Assembly: GCA_021828195.1 (NCBI GenBank)
Contig: JAKASQ010000001.1
Location: 169,202-233,201 of the forward strand
Length of the DNA: 64,000 nucleotides
Direction of reading: 5' to 3'
From: Thermoplasmata archaeon
Lineage (GTDB): Archaea; Thermoplasmatota; Thermoplasmata; Lutacidiplasmatales; UBA184
Shown here: positions 9,996 to 18,650 of the stretch, piece by piece
How positions within the stretch are numbered: position 1 is the first letter of the stretch
How the letters are laid out: every line of letters begins with the position of its first letter
Program-made: the position numbers and the translations under genes
Notes under the pieces: generated by a model
What the model was told of the DNA's origin: nothing
What the model saw: the letters and a program-made list of their open reading frames with translations, nothing else
Database searches by the model: none

Positions 9996-11075
9996 ATGGC
10001 ACAAACCGCCCCCGCACGCCGGCCGTCCCGCTCCGGGGCGGAACGACCCTCCCCGGCGTCGGTCGAGATCCTCGACATCGCCTTCCACCGCGCGGACCTC
10101 TCCAACCCGAAGGGGCGCACGAAGGCCGAGCGCGACCGCCACCGGGCCGAGCTCAAGGTCGTCCGGAGCGCGGCGACGGTGATCCGGCTCCTTCAAGCGG
10201 AAACGCGCCGGTTCCGCCGCCCCCCGCTGACCGACTTCGAACGAGCCCTGATCGCCCGCCGGTTCGGCGAGGGGACGCTCGATCGATCGCTCACCCGAGT
10301 CGGACGTGCCGTGGACCGCATTCGGGGTCTGCAACGGGACTCCGAGCGGGCCGTCCATCACGCGGCGGGGGCCGACGAGCTCGGGGTCGAAGTTCGCCGG
10401 TTCTACGGTCGCATGGCGAGCCATGTGCGCGAGATCGACGCCGACCTCGCCCGGCTCAAGCAGCTCGATCGGTTCCGAGAGGACCGGCCCCGACTCGATC
10501 CGAACGCCCCCACGCTCGTCGTCGCGGGGTTCCCGAACGTTGGGAAGTCCTCGCTGGTCGCGCGCCTGTCTTCGGCGCACCCGAAGGTCGCCGACTATCC
10601 GTTCACCACGCTCGCGATCGCCGTGGGACACGCCGACCTCGGCTTCGACCGCTGGCAGGTGCTCGACACCCCGGGAGTCCTCGGCCGCTCCCACCGAGCG
10701 AACCCGGCCGAGGCCGAGGCGCGGACCGCCGTCGAGCGGGCCGCCAGCGTCGTGCTCTTCGTGCTCGATCCGACCCCCGGGGCCGAGCCACCGCTCGAGG
10801 AACAGGAAGAACTTCTCGCCCGCTGGAAGCGGGAACTGCCCGGTCGCCCGATCCTCGAGGTCGAGACGAAGGCCGATCTGTTTCGTCGCCCGGGAAGCGA
10901 GCGCCTCCACGTCTCTTCGGCCACGGGCGAGGGGCTCGACGAGCTCTGGGAGAGGATCCGAGGGATCTGGAGCTCGATGCCGCGACCCGAGCGCCTCCCC
11001 GAGGAAGAGGACGCGCCGGAGGACGAAGAGCGCCCGCGCGCCGGCGCCTATCGAGGGCGCCACGCGGCCCGGTAG
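9996..11075 (+). CDS. NOG1-family GTPase (archaeal/eukaryotic nucleolar GTP-binding protein homologue)
   Basis: VVAGFPNVGKSSLV (G1), DTPG (G3), TKADL (G4); alternative start at 9897. Confidence 0.7.
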   Translation: MAQTAPARRPSRSGAERPSPASVEILDIAFHRADLSNPKGRTKAERDRHRAELKVVRSAATVIRLLQAETRRFRRPPLTDFERALIARRFGEGTLDRSLTRVGRAVDRIRGLQRDSERAVHHAAGADELGVEVRRFYGRMASHVREIDADLARLKQLDRFREDRPRLDPNAPTLVVAGFPNVGKSSLVARLSSAHPKVADYPFTTLAIAVGHADLGFDRWQVLDTPGVLGRSHRANPAEAEARTAVERAASVVLFVLDPTPGAEPPLEEQEELLARWKRELPGRPILEVETKADLFRRPGSERLHVSSATGEGLDELWERIRGIWSSMPRPERLPEEEDAPEDEERPRAGAYRGRHAAR

Positions 11076-11339
11076 CCAAAGGATCGGTGCAAGCCCCGTA
11101 GTGGGGGAGGATACGGGGGTCTCCGCATCGAAGGTCCCACCGGGGGAGGTCGTGGGGGCGGTTGTGGAGGGAGTCCCGATCGTGCTCGTGAACTTCGGGG
11201 AGTCGATTCGAGCCCTGTAGGGAGAGCGCCCTCATCTCGGAGCCTCGCTCGCGGAGGGTTCTAACTGCTAATGGGAAAACACATGTATAGGCGTAAGGAC
11301 ATGTCGAGAACAATCCCTGGAAACGGGGAGGTGCGCCCG

Positions 11340-11620
11340 AGCAACCGAGTGAACTCGGGTGTAGATGGGCGGTATCCGGTTGTGCGCCCAGCACGTAAAA
11401 CCGCAAGGAATCTGGGCTGCAACAGGGCCGACGAAAACCAAGTCGGCCCGATGAAACTCCTCGACAACGAAGAGCGTCGCGGCCAGTTCGGCCGAGACGG
11501 AAAACGCCTGCGGAGGAAGGAGGTTCATGCCGAAGACGGCAGGTGCCTTCCAAGGAATCAGGAACCCAGCATCATCGGTGCTTGTCACCAATGTATAGGT
11601 ATGGGAGAACGGAACACTCG
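11340..11620 (+). ncRNA. Candidate structured ncRNA in a 720-bp GC-poorer spacer, with possible RNase P RNA-like P4 motifs. Strand and ends are uncertain
   Basis: No convincing ORF on either strand. Several perfect hairpins (GGGCCGAC-N9-GUCGGCCC; GCCG-AAGA-CGGC; GGAAGG...CCUUCC). GGAAUCUGGGCUG resembles RNase P CR-I (GGAAAGUCCGGGCUC). CAGGAACCCAGCAUCAUCGGUGCUUGUCACC resembles CR-V/P4-P2 3' strand (ACAGAACCCGGCUUAUCGGUCAGUUUCACC). I could not find CR-II/III. Confidence 0.25.
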
Positions 11621-11798
11621 TCGGCCGGCGGCTGACGTGCCTCCTGCACGAGGCGGCCTTCGACGCGGGCACCGGGGCGGTCCTGGCCGATCCGTTCGGG
11701 GCCGAATCCCCCGCGGGGGAGATCCCTGCGGCCCGCACCGATCCGGTCCGGATCGACGGCGACCGCGTCGGGGTCGATCTTCCGTAGACCCCGGGCGC

Positions 11799-13031
11799 TC
11801 AGATCGTGAAGGACTTCCCGTTCTCGGGGAGCACGACCTCGAACTCGGTCGCGAGGGCGTCGCGGAGCGGCTCGCGGTGATCGCCATGCATGAGCACGAT
11901 CTTGCGCGCGTGGGTACTGCGTGCGAGCTCCACGAGTTCCGAGTGCCCGGCGTGAGCGGAGAAGTCGTACTTCTGCACCTCGCACGCGGGCCGGATCGTC
12001 GTCTCGTCGATCGTCAGGGTCCCTTCGTCCATGAGCTGGCGGCCGTTCGATCCTTCGACCTGGAAGCCGGTCAGCAGGATCGAGGAGTTCGCGTCGCGAT
12101 ACAGCTCCCCGACATAGAACAGCACCGGGCCTCCGTCCATCATGCCGCCGGTCGTGACGATCACGTCGGCCTCCCGGACGGCGTGCCGTCGTTCGCCCTG
12201 GTGCTCGATGACGTGCACGGAGTCCATGGCCCGGCGGAATCGCTTCGGATCGGACAAGTACTCCGGAGCGGCGGCGTAGATCGAGTTCACCGCGCGAGCC
12301 ATCCCGTCGAGGTAGACCTCCAGCCCGGTTCCTCCGAGCGTCATCAGGACCTCCTGCGCTCGCCCGACGGCGAACGCCGGTACGATGACCTTGCCCCCTC
12401 GTTCGACCGTCTCGCGGACCTTGTCGCGGAACTGGTGCTCGGTCTGCTTGCGGTCCGGGTGCTCCTTTCCGGAGTAGGTCGACTCGAGGACAAGGATGTC
12501 GCACTCGAGCGGCTCGGCCCCCTTGACGAGGTGGGTGGGGATGGTCTGCACGTCGCCCGAGAACAGCACATCCTTCTCGCCTCGGTAGCGGAACATCGTC
12601 GCCCCGGGAATGTGCCCGGCCGGCGTGAGCTCGACCTCGATCCCGTGGTGGCGGAACGTCTCGTGGCGGCCCATGGCGGTCGCATGCGCATGGAGCGAGC
12701 CGATGTCCTGGGACTGGTACGGAGGCAAGTATCCCTCGAGACGAGCAATCTTGAGCGCATCGCGCGCGAGGAGGTTGGACACCGCGAGCGTGACGGGAGT
12801 CGCGATCACTCGGGCCTTGGGCAGCCGCGAGAGGATGGGGGTCATCCCCGAGTGGTCGAGGTGGGCGTGCGTGAGAAAGGCGACGTCTACGTTGTGCGGC
12901 ACGCGCAGCGGATACGAGGGCGGGTCGGTCGGCGTCATCCCGTAGTCGAAGAGCAGCGTGCGGCCCGCATCGCGGACGACGAGGCCGAGGGAGCCGACCT
13001 CCGACGCTCCCCCCAGGAATTGGAACTCCAT
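11799..13031 (-). CDS. Beta-CASP metallo-beta-lactamase ribonuclease (archaeal aCPSF2-like, no KH domains)
   Basis: HAHLDHSG MBL motif, beta-CASP region; start at MEFQFLGGASEVG. Confidence 0.8.
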   Translation of the reverse strand: MEFQFLGGASEVGSLGLVVRDAGRTLLFDYGMTPTDPPSYPLRVPHNVDVAFLTHAHLDHSGMTPILSRLPKARVIATPVTLAVSNLLARDALKIARLEGYLPPYQSQDIGSLHAHATAMGRHETFRHHGIEVELTPAGHIPGATMFRYRGEKDVLFSGDVQTIPTHLVKGAEPLECDILVLESTYSGKEHPDRKQTEHQFRDKVRETVERGGKVIVPAFAVGRAQEVLMTLGGTGLEVYLDGMARAVNSIYAAAPEYLSDPKRFRRAMDSVHVIEHQGERRHAVREADVIVTTGGMMDGGPVLFYVGELYRDANSSILLTGFQVEGSNGRQLMDEGTLTIDETTIRPACEVQKYDFSAHAGHSELVELARSTHARKIVLMHGDHREPLRDALATEFEVVLPENGKSFTI

Positions 13032-13206
13032 TGGCGGCACGAGCCGGGTCCGTGATTTAACGTAACGTGCGCTCACGAGAGGAGGCCGGTCGCGCGAGGG
13101 ACCCGGGATCCTCTCCGTGCGGCGGGTGCCCGCCGCTCCCCGCGCTCCGGCGGCCGGCTCGTAACCGTCAATACGGGATCCCGGATACGTCGTCGATTCC
13201 CGACGC

Positions 13207-13731
13207 ATGACGCACTGCTATCGCGCGAGCGTACGTTGGACCGGGAACCGGGGGACCGGCACGAGCTCCTACCGGGCGTACGGTCGCGACCATCTCATCG
13301 CTTTCGAGGGAAAGCCCGAGCTCCTCGGATCCTCGGACCCGGTCTTCCGCGGTGACCGGAGTCGGTACAATCCCGAAGAACTTCTGGTCGCCTCGCTGTC
13401 GGCGTGTCACATGCTCGGGTACCTGCACCTGTGCGCGGAGTCGGACCTCGTCGTGGAGACGTACTCGGACGAGGCGAGCGGGGCGATGGAAACAACCCCC
13501 GATGGATCGGGTCGGTTCGTCCTCGTGACCCTTCACCCGGCCGTTACGATCCGCAGCGGATCCCCCGATCGAGCGACGGAGCTCCACACGCGGGCCCACG
13601 AGATCTGCTTCATCGCGAACTCGGTGAACTTTCCGGTCCGGTGCGAGCCCACCGTTCGTCTCCTCTCCCAAGCGGACCGGGGAGCGACGCACGCGGAGGG
13701 CCGGGAGCCGGCGGGGCCAAAGGGGTCTTGA
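13207..13731 (+). CDS. OsmC/Ohr-family peroxiredoxin-like protein
   Basis: EELLVASLSACHMLGYLHLC and C-terminal ...HEICFIANSV conserved Cys pair arrangement of OsmC. Confidence 0.65.
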   Translation: MTHCYRASVRWTGNRGTGTSSYRAYGRDHLIAFEGKPELLGSSDPVFRGDRSRYNPEELLVASLSACHMLGYLHLCAESDLVVETYSDEASGAMETTPDGSGRFVLVTLHPAVTIRSGSPDRATELHTRAHEICFIANSVNFPVRCEPTVRLLSQADRGATHAEGREPAGPKGS

Positions 13732-13753
13732 GCCCTCCTCTCGTCCCTCCTCC

Positions 13754-14566
13754 GTGCCCGGCCTGACCTCGCCCGACCTCGAGATCCTCTTTCGCATCAC
13801 GGCCGCTGCCCATGCGGCGGTCCTCCAGGCCTCGAGCTCGCCCCACCGGGCGGACGTGGTGGCGATGGGGGCGGACGGATCCCCCACCGAGGAGCTCGAC
13901 CGCGTGGCCGAGGCCGAGATCCTCTCCGTGCTCGATCGCGAGGCCGTGGACTGGGATTTCCTGAGCGAGGAGATCGGCCACGTGCGACGCGGTGGAGACC
14001 GCACGCTCGTCGTCGATCCGATCGACGGGACTACGAACGCCTTGCGGGGACTGCCGTTCGCGGCGATCTCCCTCGCGCTCGGCCGCGAGCACCTCGACGG
14101 CATCGAGACCGGGGTCGTCTACGATCTCTACCGCGGGACCACGTACTGGGCGACCCGCGGGGGCGGCGCGTTCTGCGACGGCCGACCGATCCACGTGCGC
14201 CCCTGGAACGCGAAGGCCGAGCTCCTGTTCGCGAATCTCGGTCGGTACGCGAGCGATCGAACGGTCGAGATGTCCCGGCAGGCGCGTCGGATCCGCGCGC
14301 TGGGCTGCGCGTCGCTCGAGATCGCCAAGGTCGCGCAGGGCACCGCCGACGGTTACATCTTCGAGAACCTCCCGGCGAGCCGCAACCTCCGAGCCACGGA
14401 CATCGCGGCCGGTTACCGCATCCTGGTCGAGGCGGGAGGGGGCATCTCGGACTTCGAGGGCCGCCCGATCGGCCCCTTCCCGCTCACCGTCCAGGAACGG
14501 ACGAGCGTCCTCGCCTGGGGCGATGCCGAGTTCTTGAAGGCGCGTGCACCTCGGAGCCCCCCGTGA
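13754..14566 (+). CDS. suhB: Inositol monophosphatase / fructose-1,6-bisphosphatase family (archaeal IMPase/FBPase)
   Basis: FLSEE...VVDPIDGT...WDxxAG-like motifs (ATDIAAG). Confidence 0.8.
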   Translation: MPGLTSPDLEILFRITAAAHAAVLQASSSPHRADVVAMGADGSPTEELDRVAEAEILSVLDREAVDWDFLSEEIGHVRRGGDRTLVVDPIDGTTNALRGLPFAAISLALGREHLDGIETGVVYDLYRGTTYWATRGGGAFCDGRPIHVRPWNAKAELLFANLGRYASDRTVEMSRQARRIRALGCASLEIAKVAQGTADGYIFENLPASRNLRATDIAAGYRILVEAGGGISDFEGRPIGPFPLTVQERTSVLAWGDAEFLKARAPRSPP

Positions 14567-15447
14567 AGATCGCGATCACGGCGAACGCGGAGAAGCCGAG
14601 CGCTCTCGATCTCGTCCACCGCGCCATCGACCTGATCGGAGATCGGGCGGAGGTCGTCCTCGCGGAGGGCGCCCATCTCCCCATCGAGACCCCGCTCCGG
14701 CGCGCCCCGCTCGCCGACCTGACGGCCGACGCGATCGTCGCCATCGGCGGCGACGGGACGTATCTATCGACCCTCCAGCGGACCAACGTCCCGCTCCTCG
14801 CCGTGAACGCCGGGACCGTCGGTGTCCTCGCCGAGGTCGACGGACGGAACGAGACCGAGTTCGAGTCCGCGATCGGGAGGCTCCTACGGGGGTACTTCTT
14901 CGTCGAGGAACGGATGAAGCTCGCCGTCCAAGCGGCCGGCGTCGCGATGCCGGATGCGACGAACGAGGTGGTCATCCATTCCGGCCGCCCGGCGAAGATG
15001 GGACGCTTCGACATCATCCTCGACGGCCGACCTATCGGCCGGCTCCAGGCGGACGGCGTCATCATTGCGACCCCCACGGGTTCGACCGGGTACTCCCTGA
15101 GCGCGCTGGGTCCGATCGTCGAGACCGGGGTCGAGGGGATCGTCATCGTCGCGATCGCTCCGTTCCGCGCGGTCGCCCGCGCCATCGTGGTCGAGCCGCT
15201 CCACACGATCACGATCCGCCCCGTGAGCGGCGTGATCCATTCCCTCGCGGTCATCGACGGTCAGGTCGAGACCCGGATCGCGCCCGGTGGCTCGGTCCTC
15301 GCGTACCGTTCGCCGCGGCGCGCCCGGTTCATTCGCTTCGGGGCGACCAACCTCTCGCGCCTGCGCGGCAAGGGGATCCTACCGTGGGCCGAGGCCCCCG
15401 AGGAGAAGGAGGGACCGAACGGTGCCGATGTTCCGCCCCCAGCGTAA
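14563..15447 (+). CDS. nadK: NAD kinase
   Basis: GGDGT motif (AIVAIGGDGTYL), NEVVIHSG, ATPTGSTGYSLSA; GTG start overlapping IMPase stop. Confidence 0.85.
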   Translation: MKIAITANAEKPSALDLVHRAIDLIGDRAEVVLAEGAHLPIETPLRRAPLADLTADAIVAIGGDGTYLSTLQRTNVPLLAVNAGTVGVLAEVDGRNETEFESAIGRLLRGYFFVEERMKLAVQAAGVAMPDATNEVVIHSGRPAKMGRFDIILDGRPIGRLQADGVIIATPTGSTGYSLSALGPIVETGVEGIVIVAIAPFRAVARAIVVEPLHTITIRPVSGVIHSLAVIDGQVETRIAPGGSVLAYRSPRRARFIRFGATNLSRLRGKGILPWAEAPEEKEGPNGADVPPPA

Positions 15448-15940
15448 GCCGGCACCGGGAGCCACGGCTCGCCTCGGTGACACCCCTACCGTGATCACGC
15501 GCAATGCGCTCGACAGCGCGCTCGCCGCCGCCGGTTCTTCCTACCCCAACGAGTTCGGGGGGATGCTGCGGGCCGATCCTCCCGGGGTGATCTCCGAGCT
15601 CTTGCTTCTCCCGGGAACGACGGCGGGTCGCCGACACGCGAACTTCCAGTTCTGGATGCTCCCGGTCGATCTCGCGATCGTCGGAACCGTCCATTCGCAT
15701 CCCTCCGGCGCCCTGCACCCGTCGGACGCCGACCTCAACCTGTTTCGGACCTGGGGACGCCGGCACATCATCCTCGGCTACCCGTACGACAGCGGATGCT
15801 GGAGAGCGTACGACAGCAACGGCCGGGAGACCAAGCTCACGGTCCAAGGCCACGACACGATCGGGATGCGGCCCCGCCCCCTCAAGCCGGTCCACCGGCC
15901 CGTGGCGCAGGACGACCCCGATCGGTGGCGGCCGCCCTAG
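15428..15940 (+). CDS. JAMM/MPN+ metalloprotease (deubiquitinase/desampylase-like)
   Basis: E(NEFGG)...HSHPSGALHPSDAD = E-x(n)-H-x-H-x(7)-S-x2-D JAMM motif; overlaps nadK end by 20 nt. Confidence 0.65.
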   Translation: MFRPQRKPAPGATARLGDTPTVITRNALDSALAAAGSSYPNEFGGMLRADPPGVISELLLLPGTTAGRRHANFQFWMLPVDLAIVGTVHSHPSGALHPSDADLNLFRTWGRRHIILGYPYDSGCWRAYDSNGRETKLTVQGHDTIGMRPRPLKPVHRPVAQDDPDRWRPP

Positions 15941-15945
15941 CCGGC

Positions 15946-17538
15946 CTATTCCCGCACGGGGATCGTGGGGATCGGGAGCCGGTCCGGGTAGCGGTTCGGG
16001 TCCTCGATCGAACGGCCCGGCCGGTTCGCCGGGCTGTACAGGCCATGCATCTTCGCGATGAGCTCGAGGAACCCGATGAACCCGCGGAACGCCGACCGAT
16101 ACGCCGTGGTGTGCGCCCCTTCCCAATCGAAGAACTCCGTGAGGAGGCCCTTGGACTGGCGGATGCCGTGGGTGAGCGCGCGCTTGAGCAGCTCCTCCTG
16201 GACGTCGGAGAGCATATCGCGCTGGAACCAGTCCCGGGACTTCAGGTGGCCCAGGGGTACGAAGAACATCGGCACCAGGAGCGCCTTGAAATCCCAGAGG
16301 TCGTCGATCAGGTCGATCGTCTTCAAGACATCGTCCTCGGTCTCCTGAGGGAGCCCAACGATGAACGTGCACGCCGGATAGACGTGGTTGTCGTTCAGCA
16401 GGCCCGCCGCCTGGACCACGAGCTCGGGCCACTGGGAGGCCTTGAACGGGGCGACCTTGCCGGGCATGGCGGCGGTGATCATGTGCGGAGAGCCGGTCTC
16501 GACCCCGATCTCGACGCCCCACCACTTCTGCTTATCGTCGATGAGCACTTCGGCGCACTTCGGCAGGAGCTTCGGCTTGGTCATCAGCGAGGCGATGGCG
16601 ACGTGGCTCCACCCGACCTGCTCGTAGTAGCGTTTCGCGAGCTGGAGCAGCGGGATCAGCTTCTCCTCGCGGGGCATCACGTTCGGGCTGCCGTAGAAGA
16701 AGACGTCGTCCGAGTGCAGGATCCCCTTGCGGTTGTTGACCTTGGCGTTGACCCGAAGCTCCTCCTCGATCTTGTCGAGCCCGTACCACCGAGTGGGTCG
16801 CGTGGTCACCGAGCAGAACGAGCACCCACGGCAGCAGCCGCGGCCGATCTCGACGAGCCCGTTGACGCTGGCGTACTTGATCGTGGAGATCTGCTCGACC
16901 TTCGGCGCCTCCTTCGGGGTCATGATGACGTGGGGGGGCAGGTACTCATCGGCGAGCGCCTTCCGGACGATCTCCTTGACGTAGATGTCCCCCTCGCCCT
17001 CGACGACCGAGTCGATGCCACCGAAGGAGTCGACGAACTCCTGGATCCAAGGGAGCTTCATCCGCGTGGGCGGGGCGATCTGCCAGGCGCACGGTCCGCC
17101 GGCGATGATCTTCATGCCCTGCTTGCGGGCCTCGACGACCGCGGGCTGGGTCATCATCCGCTTGAAGTTGACGCAGTTGAGCGGGTCGCGGTGCATGACC
17201 CCGCCGAAGGTCGACGCCGGAGGGTTCAGGCCGAAGTAGTCGTGTCCCGAGATGAGGAGCACCTTCGCCGAGCCCGGCATGTAGCGGTCAAGGTGGGAGG
17301 GGTGGACGATGCGGGCGTCGAACCCGCCGTCGATGAGCGCCGCCTCGATCTTGCGCATCCCGTACGGCGCGGCCACCGGGAAGCCGTTCTCATCGACCGG
17401 CATGTCCGGATAGAACAGCCGCTTGTACACTCGCTCCGGAAGGACGTAAGCCGGAGTGGTGGTCCCGAAGCCGAGGAACTCCTTCCCATTGTGATTGCTC
17501 ATCATCGTCCAGTCGCAGGTGATGACCACTTCCGGCAT
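15946..17538 (-). CDS. B12-binding-domain radical SAM protein (class B)
   Basis: N-terminal cobalamin-binding Rossmann-like domain then GCCRGCSFC (CxxxCxxC) radical SAM cluster motif. Confidence 0.8.
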   Translation of the reverse strand: MPEVVITCDWTMMSNHNGKEFLGFGTTTPAYVLPERVYKRLFYPDMPVDENGFPVAAPYGMRKIEAALIDGGFDARIVHPSHLDRYMPGSAKVLLISGHDYFGLNPPASTFGGVMHRDPLNCVNFKRMMTQPAVVEARKQGMKIIAGGPCAWQIAPPTRMKLPWIQEFVDSFGGIDSVVEGEGDIYVKEIVRKALADEYLPPHVIMTPKEAPKVEQISTIKYASVNGLVEIGRGCCRGCSFCSVTTRPTRWYGLDKIEEELRVNAKVNNRKGILHSDDVFFYGSPNVMPREEKLIPLLQLAKRYYEQVGWSHVAIASLMTKPKLLPKCAEVLIDDKQKWWGVEIGVETGSPHMITAAMPGKVAPFKASQWPELVVQAAGLLNDNHVYPACTFIVGLPQETEDDVLKTIDLIDDLWDFKALLVPMFFVPLGHLKSRDWFQRDMLSDVQEELLKRALTHGIRQSKGLLTEFFDWEGAHTTAYRSAFRGFIGFLELIAKMHGLYSPANRPGRSIEDPNRYPDRLPIPTIPVRE

Positions 17539-17655
17539 TCGTACTACTCCTAGCTCGCCGATCCGATGGATACCACGAAAGCGGAGGCTCTTATTGGTTG
17601 CGTCGAGCCGGGCGCGACAATTCCGGCACCGTGGGTCCCGCCGAGGTCCGATTCC

Positions 17656-17931
17656 TCACTCGAAGGTGTTGTCCTCGTCATCGCGCGGGAGGACCCCGTC
17701 GAGCGATTCCGCCCCCTCGTCCGGAGCCTCGTCCGCCTCCCCGCCCATCTCCCGAAAGGCGGGGTCCCCCTGGATCAGGTGGATCCGGACGCAATCGCGA
17801 TGGGCGGGCCGCCCGTTCCAGGCGCTGGTCTCGGCGGGCAGGCCCAACGGCTCCCGACACAGGCAGCAGATCTCCGGTGGGGCGACGATCCACTCGGTGC
17901 GGCGAGGCATCGACATCGGGCGTACCCCCAA
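17656..17931 (-). CDS. Small hypothetical protein with Cys-Cys-x-Cys...His...Cys metal-binding-like motif and acidic tail
   Basis: PEICCLCREPLG...NGRPAHRDC; lies between radical SAM gene and regulator; coding status unproven. Confidence 0.3.
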   Translation of the reverse strand: MGVRPMSMPRRTEWIVAPPEICCLCREPLGLPAETSAWNGRPAHRDCVRIHLIQGDPAFREMGGEADEAPDEGAESLDGVLPRDDEDNTFE

Positions 17932-18065
17932 CGACGCGCCGGTGGATGTATCTTTCCGCGCGAGGGTGGATGGCCCTTCCGTCCTCGCTCCGACGCGAGG
18001 CGTTCGTGGGGAGGCCCCGGGCGGGCCGAGGAAAGCCCCATAAGAGCCCGACCGTCACCCTCCCT

Positions 18066-18650
18066 GTGGAATCCCTCGCCGAGATCCGCAAGCGCCGGCG
18101 CGCCCTCAGCATGCCCCTGGGGGAGCTCGCGAGAGCCGTGGGGCGCAGCGACGCCACGATCTCCCGGATCGAACGGGGCCAGATCCGGCCCTCGTACGAG
18201 CTCGTCCAGCGGATCGTTACGTACCTCGAAGCCCAGGAAGGGATCGCAACCCCCCGCCTGACCGCGCGAGACGTGATGACCCGCAACCTCGTCGTGATCG
18301 ACGCTTCTTCCCCTCTGCACGCGGCCGCGCAGTTGATGGAGCAGCGTGCGATCTCCCAGATCCCCGTGGTCGAAGGGGGGAAGGTGACCGGTTCGCTGTC
18401 GGAAGCGGCCCTCCTGCGCGCGTTGGGAGAGGGAGCCAGCTCGCGCTCCCGCGTGTGCGTCCGGGACGTCCAGGAGAGCGCCTACCCGCAGGTGGACACT
18501 GACTTCCCGGCCGACATTCTCGCGACCCTCCTGACCCAGATCCCGGCCGTCCTCGTCGCGCACCGAGGCACGCTTCAGGGGATCGTGACGAAGACCGATC
18601 TGATTCGGGGACTGCGCGGCACCACGATGCGGCGTGCCCCCGCACCCTAG
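18066..18650 (+). CDS. HTH (XRE-type) + CBS-domain transcriptional regulator
   Basis: LGELARAVGRSDATISRIERGQ HTH followed by tandem CBS-like segments (MTRNLVVID..., IPVVEGGKVTGSLS...); GTG start inferred. Confidence 0.65.
   Translation: MESLAEIRKRRRALSMPLGELARAVGRSDATISRIERGQIRPSYELVQRIVTYLEAQEGIATPRLTARDVMTRNLVVIDASSPLHAAAQLMEQRAISQIPVVEGGKVTGSLSEAALLRALGEGASSRSRVCVRDVQESAYPQVDTDFPADILATLLTQIPAVLVAHRGTLQGIVTKTDLIRGLRGTTMRRAPAP

Noticed and set aside
9602-11553. Long ORFs 9602..11101(+), 9909..11063(-), 10603..11553(-) overlapping the NOG1 gene and the spacer
   Set aside because: Low-complexity Arg/Pro/Ser-rich products; NOG1 frame carries clear GTPase motifs
11268-12504. ORFs 11268..11738(-) and 11572..12504(-) in the candidate ncRNA spacer and antisense to the beta-CASP gene
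   Set aside because: Arg-rich nonsense composition; the spacer more likely encodes RNA
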